A DNA stretch of 64,000 nt, from positions 1-64,000 of the forward strand of contig CAWKNZ010000003.1 of the NCBI GenBank assembly GCA_963851265.1, given 5' to 3'. The notes under the pieces are model-generated. The model was not told where the DNA came from, made no database searches, and saw nothing but the letters and a program-made list of their open reading frames with translations. Positions 56,881-64,000 of this stretch are shown piece by piece (position 1 is the first letter of the stretch; every line of letters begins with the position of its first letter). The stretch comes from an uncultured Gemmatimonadales bacterium. GTDB taxonomy: Bacteria > Gemmatimonadota > Gemmatimonadetes > Gemmatimonadales > Gemmatimonadaceae. Made by a program: the position numbers and the translations under genes.

Positions 56881-59800
56881 ATGCGCCGTTCCGCGCGCCG
56901 CGTCCGCCCCTGGCTCGCGGCCGTCGCCGTGTTCGCCGCCCCCGCGCTCGCCGCGCCCGCGGCCGCAGCGGCGCAGGTCGGCACGACCACCGACGTGCTC
57001 ACCGGCACGATCCGCGACCCCGCGGGCAAGCCGCTCGCCGGCGCGACCGTCACGGTCACGTCGGTCGAGACGCAGGTCGCCCGCACGCGCCAGACCGACG
57101 CCAAGGGACGCTACGTGATCGTCTTCCCCGAAGGCGGCGGGCGCTACCAGCTCTCGGCGCGCAGCATCGGCCTCGCGCCGCGCACGGTGCTCGTCCAGCG
57201 ACAGGTGGACGAGGACCAGCTGATCGCCAACCTCACGTTGGGCACGCCCGGCGCGAGCGGCACGCCGACGCTCGACCGCGTCGTCGTCCGCGGCCAGCGC
57301 AACGCGGGACGCGGCAACGACCGCCCGTCCCCGGGCTCGACCGAGCGCCTGCTCACCCCCGACCAGGTGCTGCGCCTGCCGATCGAGGACGCGAGCGACC
57401 TCACCGCCCTCGCCGCACTCGCGCCGGGTGTGGTGAGCATCACGGGCACCGACTCGACGGCGAACAGCTTCTCGGTCGCGGGGCAGCGCACCGACCAGAA
57501 CAACGTCACGCTCGACGGCATCTCGTTCGGGTCCAGCTCGATCCCGCAGGACGCCGTACGCAACACGCGCGTGATCACGAGCACGTACGACGTCGCGCGC
57601 GGGCAGTTCTCGGGCGGGCAGATCGCGAGCACCACGCGCTCGGGGACGAACCTGCTTCAGGGCAGCTTCACCGAGCAGTACCGCAATCCGAGCCTCGCGT
57701 GGTCGCCGGCTGGCGCGGGCGCGTTCGGCCAGAGCTACCTGCAGAACAGCTTCTCGGGCGGGATTGGCGGACCGATCATCAAGGACCGCCTGTTCGTCTT
57801 CGGCGCGTTCCAGCTGCGTGAACGCTACGACCCGATTCAGTCGCTCACGACGGCGAACGCGACGACGCTCGAGCGCCTCGGCGTGAGTCCCGATTCGGCG
57901 GCGCGCTTCCTCGGCGGCCTGTCGCAGTACGGCGTGGCGCCGACGCTCGCCGGGATACCGTCGCGACGCACCACCAACAGCGACCAGCTCTTCGCGCGCG
58001 TCGACGCCGTGCTGACGCAGAGCGAAACGCTCACGCTGCGTCTCGACGCCCGCCGTACGAGCGCCGACGCGACGCGCATCTCCGCACTCGGCCTTCCCTC
58101 GGCGGGAGGCACGCAGAGCCAGAGCGGCGGCGGCGTGTTCGGCTCGCTCACGTCGCAGTTCACCGCCACCGACGGACTCTTCGCCGGCGCGTTGATCAAC
58201 GAGGTGCGCGCCTACCGTTCGTTGGGCAAGCAGGCCACCGACGCGTACCTCGACGCGCCCGCTGGGCGCGTGCAGCTGATCTCCGCGCTGCCGGGGGCTG
58301 CCGGCACCGCCGGGGGCGTCGGGGCGACGGTGCTACAGTTCGGCGGCAACGCCTCGCTGCCGCAGGCGAGCAACAACACGGCGTTCGAGGGCACCGAGGA
58401 GCTGTCGTTCATCCCCGCCGGCCGGCCGCACCGCGTCAAGCTCGGCGCCCTGCTCAACGTGAGCGACCTCGACCAGACCACGGCGACCAACAGCCTCGGC
58501 ACCTACACGTTCTCGTCGCTCGCCAACTTCCTCGCCGACCAGCCCTCGCAGTTCACCCGCACGCTCTCGCCCACGCAGCGCCTGGGCGGGTCGGTGAACG
58601 CGGCCGTCTACGCGGGTGACACGTGGCGCGCCGGCCAGGGCGTGCAGCTGACCTACGGGCTCCGCGTCGAGCACTCCAACTACACCCACCCGCCCGCGGC
58701 GAACGCCGCGCTCGACTCGGCGTTCGGCGTGCGGACGGGCGCGTTCCCCACCGAGACGCACCTGAGCCCGCGCATCGGCTTCACCTGGGCGCCAGTCCGC
58801 GCCTCCGCGCCGAACGCGAACGCCGACGCACCGGGCGCGCAAGGCGGCGCGCCCGATGCGGGCGGACGCGGGGGTGGCGGGGGCGGCGGCTTCGGTGGCC
58901 GCGGGGGTGGCGGATTCGGCGGGGGCTTCGGCGGCGGTCGGACCGGCGGTCCGACGACGGTGATCCGCGGCGGCATCGGCGAGTTCCGCGGGCTGGCGCC
59001 TGCCGGACTGTTCGCCGCCGCGCAGGGCGCGCCGGGGTTCCTCGCCACGCAGTCGCAACTCGTTTGCACCGGGGCGGCCGTGCCCGCGCCCGACTACGGC
59101 GACTGGACGAGCGACCCCGCGGCCATTCCGTCGTCGTGCGTCGACGTTCCGATCGACGGCATTCCGGTGGGCGCGCCGGGCACTGGCGCCCGCCCCAATG
59201 CGGTCGTCATCGGGCAGGGGTTCCAGGCGCCGCGCGCATGGCGCGCCTCGCTCGGCGGCCAGCGGCGGGTCGGCGAGCGCACCGCCGTCTCGCTCGACCT
59301 CAACTACGCGCTCGGCGTGGCGCAGTACGGGTTCCGCGACCTCAACCTGAACACGGCGCCGCAGTTCACGCTCGCCGCCGAGGGCGGTCGGCCCGTGTAC
59401 GTGCCCGCGTCCAGCATCGTGCCGGCGACCGGGGCGCTCTCGCTGTTCAACTCGCGCGTCGACCCCGCCTTCGGCCGCGTCCTCCAGACGACGAGCGGGC
59501 TGCGGTCCGACACCAAGCAGGCCACGCTCGGCGTCAACACGAGCACCGCGCGCGGCCTCCTCCTGAGCGCGAGCTACACGTTCACGCGCTCGACCGACGA
59601 GTCGTCGTTCCCGGGATCGTTAGGCGGCGCGGGGGTCGCGGGCACCACGCCCGGCAACCCCAACCTCGTGCAGCGCGCCACCAGCGACCTCGAGCGCCGG
59701 CACCAGCTCCTCGCGACGATCACCTACCCGATCACGTCGACGGTCGAGCTGACGTCGATCGCCCGCCTCAACTCGGGCGCGCCGTTCACGCCACTCGTCG

Positions 59801-60759
59801 GCAACGACATCAACGGCGACGGCGCGCGCGACGACCAGGCGTTCGTGTTCAACCCGGCGGCCGCGTCGGACACGGCGGTCGCGGGCGGGATGCGCCGCGT
59901 GCTGGCCGCGGCGCCGGCGAGCGTGCGCCGCTGCCTCACCTCGCAGCTCGGCCTCGTCGCGGCGCGCAACAGCTGCACGGGCCCGTGGACCCCCTCGCTC
60001 GATTTTCAGGCCAACATCCGCCCGACCGTGTTCGGGCTCGACCGCCGCCTGTCGCTCTCGGTGTCGACGACCAACTTCCTCTCCGGGCTCGACCAGCTGG
60101 TCCACGGCTCCAACAACGTGCAGGGTTGGGGCAACCCGGGACGCCCGGACGCGACGCTGCTCACGGTGCGAGGCTTCGACCCCGCGTCGCGACAGTTCCT
60201 CTACACGGTCAACGAGCGCTTCGGACAGACGGGCGCGGGGGCGAACGCGTTCCGCGTTCCGTTCTCGTTAGGCCTCCAGGCGCGCCTGGCGATCGGACCC
60301 GACCCGGCGCGCGACCGGCTGCGTCAGGTGTTCGGCGATCCCGGCGCCAGGGGTGCCGACGCGTCCGCGGCGTTCAACGACCGCTTCGCGCGGCTGGTCC
60401 CCAACCCGATCGACACGATCCTCGCGCTCCGCGATTCGCTCGCGCTCACGCCGCCGCAGCTCGGGAGCCTCACGACCCTCCGCGATTCGCTCCGCGCCCG
60501 CAACGCGCCACTCGCGGACTCGCTGCGTGCGCGCCTCGCCGCGGCACAGAGCGCGCCCGACCCGCGGCAGGCGTTCGCCACGATCGCGCCGCTGCTGCAG
60601 CGCGCGAGGGCGAACGCCGCCGCGACGTTGACGGCCGCACAGGGAGTGCTGACGCCCGAGCAGTGGGCGCGGGTGCCGGAGAGCGTGAAGCGGCCGCCCC
60701 GCGGCGGGGTGGGCGGAGGAAGAGGAGCGGGACGACCGGGCGGCGCCGGCGGGCCGTGA
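56824..60759 (+). CDS. Oar-like TonB-dependent-type outer membrane protein with CarboxypepD_reg N-terminal domain and C-terminal LTxxQ domain
   Basis: LTGTIRD..G.PLAGATV, TDAKGRY, LDRVVVRG, GQFSGG..TRSGTN, SPRIGFTW. Start lies between 56824 and 56881. Confidence 0.9.
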   Translation: MPRSRMPRSRMPRSRMPRSMRRSARRVRPWLAAVAVFAAPALAAPAAAAAQVGTTTDVLTGTIRDPAGKPLAGATVTVTSVETQVARTRQTDAKGRYVIVFPEGGGRYQLSARSIGLAPRTVLVQRQVDEDQLIANLTLGTPGASGTPTLDRVVVRGQRNAGRGNDRPSPGSTERLLTPDQVLRLPIEDASDLTALAALAPGVVSITGTDSTANSFSVAGQRTDQNNVTLDGISFGSSSIPQDAVRNTRVITSTYDVARGQFSGGQIASTTRSGTNLLQGSFTEQYRNPSLAWSPAGAGAFGQSYLQNSFSGGIGGPIIKDRLFVFGAFQLRERYDPIQSLTTANATTLERLGVSPDSAARFLGGLSQYGVAPTLAGIPSRRTTNSDQLFARVDAVLTQSETLTLRLDARRTSADATRISALGLPSAGGTQSQSGGGVFGSLTSQFTATDGLFAGALINEVRAYRSLGKQATDAYLDAPAGRVQLISALPGAAGTAGGVGATVLQFGGNASLPQASNNTAFEGTEELSFIPAGRPHRVKLGALLNVSDLDQTTATNSLGTYTFSSLANFLADQPSQFTRTLSPTQRLGGSVNAAVYAGDTWRAGQGVQLTYGLRVEHSNYTHPPAANAALDSAFGVRTGAFPTETHLSPRIGFTWAPVRASAPNANADAPGAQGGAPDAGGRGGGGGGGFGGRGGGGFGGGFGGGRTGGPTTVIRGGIGEFRGLAPAGLFAAAQGAPGFLATQSQLVCTGAAVPAPDYGDWTSDPAAIPSSCVDVPIDGIPVGAPGTGARPNAVVIGQGFQAPRAWRASLGGQRRVGERTAVSLDLNYALGVAQYGFRDLNLNTAPQFTLAAEGGRPVYVPASSIVPATGALSLFNSRVDPAFGRVLQTTSGLRSDTKQATLGVNTSTARGLLLSASYTFTRSTDESSFPGSLGGAGVAGTTPGNPNLVQRATSDLERRHQLLATITYPITSTVELTSIARLNSGAPFTPLVGNDINGDGARDDQAFVFNPAAASDTAVAGGMRRVLAAAPASVRRCLTSQLGLVAARNSCTGPWTPSLDFQANIRPTVFGLDRRLSLSVSTTNFLSGLDQLVHGSNNVQGWGNPGRPDATLLTVRGFDPASRQFLYTVNERFGQTGAGANAFRVPFSLGLQARLAIGPDPARDRLRQVFGDPGARGADASAAFNDRFARLVPNPIDTILALRDSLALTPPQLGSLTTLRDSLRARNAPLADSLRARLAAAQSAPDPRQAFATIAPLLQRARANAAATLTAAQGVLTPEQWARVPESVKRPPRGGVGGGRGAGRPGGAGGP

Positions 60760-60790
60760 CGGCGCGCGTGGTCGCGTCGTCGCGGCCGCC

Positions 60791-62212
60791 TCAGCCGGCC
60801 AACCGCAGCGTCACGGTGAACGTCGACCCGCGCCCTTCTCGACTCCTCACCCGCAGGTCCCCGCCCATTCCCCGCGCCAGGTCGCGCGCGATCGCGAGCC
60901 CGAGCCCCGTGCCCTCATGCGCGCGGGTGTACCCCGCGCGTACCTGCACGAACGGCTGAAACACCGACTCCTGCCGCTCGCGCGGGATACCGATTCCCGA
61001 GTCCGTGACGCGCACGAACGCGACCCCGCCGCGCGTCGCGTCGCGTACCGCGGTGCGCGTGAGCACGGCCACCCGCACCCGCCCTCCCTCGGGCGTGAAC
61101 TTCACCGCGTTCGAGAGCAGGTTCACCATCACCTGAACCAGCTTCTCGCGGTCGGCCCACACCTCGTGCTCCCCTTCGGCCGGTGTTGGGCGCTCGAACA
61201 GGAGGCCCTTCGCCGCGAGCTGCGGCTCGACGAGCGGCGCCACCTGCTCGACGACCTCCGCCATCGCGACCGGCTTGACGTCGTACTCCACGCGCCCGCT
61301 CTCGAGCTTGGCGTAGTTGAGCACGTCGGTGATCAGGCCGAGGAGATGGCGTTGGGCGCGGTCGACGCGGGCGAGCGCGTCGCGCTGCGCGTCGGTCACC
61401 GGGCCGTGCAGTCCCATGTCGAGTAGCTGCACGTAGCCGGCGATCGCGTTGAGCGGCGTGCGCAGTTCGTGGCTCATGTTGGCCAGGAACTGGCTCTTGC
61501 TCTGGTTGGCGCTCTCGGCGCGCGCGCGCGCGGCTTCGGCCTCGGCGCGCGCGGCGCGCTCGGCCGCGTAGAGTTGTGCGCGTTCGACCGCCTGCGCGCA
61601 TTGCTGCGCGACCGCGAGAAGGAACGCCCGATCTTCCGGCGCGAAGGTGCGTGCCTCGTCGAAGTTGAAGCCGAGCGCGCCGACCGCCTGTGGGGTCGCG
61701 CCGTCGAGGCCCGGGGCGAGCAGCGGCACGGCGACCATCGCGCCGTCGCCGTTCTCTTGCGAGAGCGGCGCGAGGTGCGGATACCGGGCGCGGCGCGCCT
61801 CCGCCGACGTGAGGAGCAGCGGCTCGCCGCTGCGGACCACGTCGCTCAGCGGGAACTCGGACGCGAGCGGGATCCGCGCGTATCTCGCCATCGCCTCGGC
61901 GCTGTACCCGCACGAGGCGACGACGTTGAGCACCTGGCCCGGTCCGTCGGGATCGGCGGCGAGCAGTGCGACCGCGCCGCGGCGTGCGCCGAGCGCCCGC
62001 GCCGCGTGCTCGATGACGACCGCCGCGACCGCTTCGGGCGTGGCGGCGCGGACCAGCGCCCCCGTGACCGCGAGCAGCGCGTTCGCGCGCGCGACGGCCG
62101 CGTCGCGGACGTGGGTCGGAACGCCGTCGGTCCGACCTCCCGCCGCCGCAGGGCACGAAGGTTCGGGGCGATAGCTGTCGAACGACGAACGGGCATGGGT
62201 CGCGGCGGGCAT
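60791..62212 (-). CDS. Cytoplasmic GAF histidine kinase (orphan)
   Basis: GAF domain, [32 protein letters not shown]. Confidence 0.93.
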   Translation of the reverse strand: MPAATHARSSFDSYRPEPSCPAAAGGRTDGVPTHVRDAAVARANALLAVTGALVRAATPEAVAAVVIEHAARALGARRGAVALLAADPDGPGQVLNVVASCGYSAEAMARYARIPLASEFPLSDVVRSGEPLLLTSAEARRARYPHLAPLSQENGDGAMVAVPLLAPGLDGATPQAVGALGFNFDEARTFAPEDRAFLLAVAQQCAQAVERAQLYAAERAARAEAEAARARAESANQSKSQFLANMSHELRTPLNAIAGYVQLLDMGLHGPVTDAQRDALARVDRAQRHLLGLITDVLNYAKLESGRVEYDVKPVAMAEVVEQVAPLVEPQLAAKGLLFERPTPAEGEHEVWADREKLVQVMVNLLSNAVKFTPEGGRVRVAVLTRTAVRDATRGGVAFVRVTDSGIGIPRERQESVFQPFVQVRAGYTRAHEGTGLGLAIARDLARGMGGDLRVRSREGRGSTFTVTLRLAG

Positions 62213-62265
62213 GAGCAGGTGACGACTCACGCCGCGGGCGGGCACCCGACCGACGCGCGACGAAC

Positions 62266-64000
62266 TTACGGTCGCCCGCCGCCGGGCGGTCCGCCGAACG
62301 CCTGGCGGAACGGGTTCTTGACGTCGTCGCCCACCTTGGCCCACTGCGCGGGCGTGAGGATCGCCTGCGACTGCTGCACGGCCTCCTCGAGGAGCTGGCG
62401 GCCGCGGGCGAGGTCGGGACGGATGGTCGAGAAGATGACCGCCGGGTCGGGGTTGCTGCCGAGTTTCTGGACCTTCGCGCGCAGGTCGGTTCGGAACCGC
62501 TGGTAGCGCGCCGCGAGCGAGTCACGCACGGGCTCGAGCTTGCGCACCTGCGCGGAGTCGAGGCCGAGCGAGTCGCGCAGGTCGATGAGCTTCGCGGCCG
62601 GGTTCAGGCTGGCGGCGAGCGCGGTGCTGGGTGCGGCTCCGCCCTGTCCGCCGCCGAGCAGGCCGGCGAGCGGACCGCCCCCGCCACCCCCGCCGCCCGG
62701 ACCGCCACCGCCCGGACCGCCGCCCCCGAAGCCGAACGCGCCGAAGGGGTTCGCGCCGTAGACGTATCGCGCCTGGATGCCGAGCTGGAACGTCTGCCGG
62801 AACACGGAGGCCTGGCCGGTCGTGTTCCCGAAGCGCTGGTTCACCGTGTACGAGTACGTCTGCGTCGTCGGGTTGAAGCCGTTGATCGCGAGCAGCGTCT
62901 GGTCGGGGCGCACCTGCTGCCCCCAGCCGCGCAGGTTGCTGGACCCGTGGAAGAGCTGGTCCAGCCCGGCGAGCGTGTTGAGCAGCGTGGCGGAGATCGT
63001 GAGGCGGCGTTGCAGGCCGAGGCGGTCGGGCTTGTAGTTGAACTGCACGTCGAGCCCCGGCACCCACGGCCCGCGGCAGCTGTTGCGCCCGGCCACCTGA
63101 CCGAGCTGCGACTCGAGACACGCCCGCGCCGAGCTCGGCGCGCTCGCGAGCACCTGCTGCATCGCGGCGGCGAGGGCGGGGTCGAGCCCCGGCGCCTTCG
63201 GGTCGAAGACGAACGCCGCATCGTTGCGCGCGCCGTCCCCGTTGACGTCGCCGTTGACGGTCGGCGTGTAGGGCGCGCCGCTCGTCAGGCGGCCGATGCC
63301 GGTGACCTCGAACGACGGGTTGAGCGGGAACGTCGCGGTCCCGATCAGGTTGTGCCGGATGTCCTGGTCGGCGCTCGCGAACGGCAGCAGGTTGGGGTTG
63401 CCGCGCGTGGGCGTCTGCTGGTAGCCGAACGCCGGCGGGCCGAACGCGTACGAGCTCTGGTCGCGGTTGCGCGCGACCGTCCACGACAGGTTGAAGATCG
63501 CCCCGCGCGAGCTGATGCCGTTGAGCGACGCGGTGACCTGCGCGTTGCGCGAGCGCAGCCCCGAGCTCACGTCGAGCACCTGGCCGAACGCCGCGTCGCG
63601 ACGGCTGGCGGCGAGCGACGTCGCGCCGGTGAGCGGCGAGATCGCGGTCGGCGAGACGAACACCGGCCGGTTGCCCTCCTGCGCGAGCGTGAAGCCCGAC
63701 CCCGCGGCGGTGTTGAGGTTCGCGTCGGTCACGCCGTACTGCGCGACGCCCCACGCGTAGCTCGCGTCGAGGCCCGCGGTCCAGCGCTCCCAGAAGCGGC
63801 GCGTGACGCCTAACGACGCGCGCACCGAGCGGGGGGAGCGGAAGTCGGGCGCGAACGCGGTCACCGAGGGCACCGCGCTCGAGGCGACCGCGCCCGGGAA
63901 GAGGGTCCCGGGGCGCTGCGTGCAGGTGGTCGGGATGGCCGACACGCCGCTCGCGAGGATCGCCGAGTAGTCCGGGCCGACGGGGTCGAGGCAGGTGATC
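62266..64000 (-). CDS. Oar-like outer membrane protein, C-terminal part (paralogue of 56824-60759); extends beyond the window
   Basis: Shared motifs: GVAQYG..D.NLNTA, SGAP.TP, DVNGDGARND.AFVF, CL.SQLG..A.RNSC.GPW, GLDQL.HGS.N..GWG. Confidence 0.9.
   Translation of the reverse strand, partial: ITCLDPVGPDYSAILASGVSAIPTTCTQRPGTLFPGAVASSAVPSVTAFAPDFRSPRSVRASLGVTRRFWERWTAGLDASYAWGVAQYGVTDANLNTAAGSGFTLAQEGNRPVFVSPTAISPLTGATSLAASRRDAAFGQVLDVSSGLRSRNAQVTASLNGISSRGAIFNLSWTVARNRDQSSYAFGPPAFGYQQTPTRGNPNLLPFASADQDIRHNLIGTATFPLNPSFEVTGIGRLTSGAPYTPTVNGDVNGDGARNDAAFVFDPKAPGLDPALAAAMQQVLASAPSSARACLESQLGQVAGRNSCRGPWVPGLDVQFNYKPDRLGLQRRLTISATLLNTLAGLDQLFHGSSNLRGWGQQVRPDQTLLAINGFNPTTQTYSYTVNQRFGNTTGQASVFRQTFQLGIQARYVYGANPFGAFGFGGGGPGGGGPGGGGGGGGPLAGLLGGGQGGAAPSTALAASLNPAAKLIDLRDSLGLDSAQVRKLEPVRDSLAARYQRFRTDLRAKVQKLGSNPDPAVIFSTIRPDLARGRQLLEEAVQQSQAILTPAQWAKVGDDVKNPFRQAFGGPPGGGRP

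Overview
A very GC-rich bacterial chromosomal window; the gene content suggests Gemmatimonadota (inference). I found no mobile element or CRISPR array. From left to right it holds: the 5' half of a tRNA-Cys, an MCP and nth; an 11.6-kb minus-strand cluster of five amide-bond ligases (3 ATP-grasp, 1 circularly permuted ATP-grasp, 1 YbdK/GCS2) with two esterases, a C26 gamma-glutamyl hydrolase and an apparently inactive GH57; a SWIM + MqsA-like pair; two glutamine synthetases; c-di-GMP modules (HK + HD-GYP, RsbQ-like hydrolase + PAS/GAF-GGDEF); and a 24-kb envelope region with two ECF sigma factors, FecR, three TonB-dependent-type barrels, TolC/MacA/MacB and several Spy/CpxP-like proteins. The strongest signals are: (1) a TAAACG-N16-CGT ECF promoter found five times, always intergenic and pointing into an envelope gene; (2) two paralogous Oar-like barrels that carry a C-terminal Spy/CpxP-like LTxxQ domain instead of ending on a beta-signal; (3) the multi-ligase cluster of unknown product; (4) at least 12 copies of (C)GTTAGGC, seven forcing rare TTA codons; (5) a second promoter motif, TAGGGG-N15-GTGTGT, flanking the FecI-like sigma gene. 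All calls come from reading motifs by eye, with no database searches. Many start codons are estimates.
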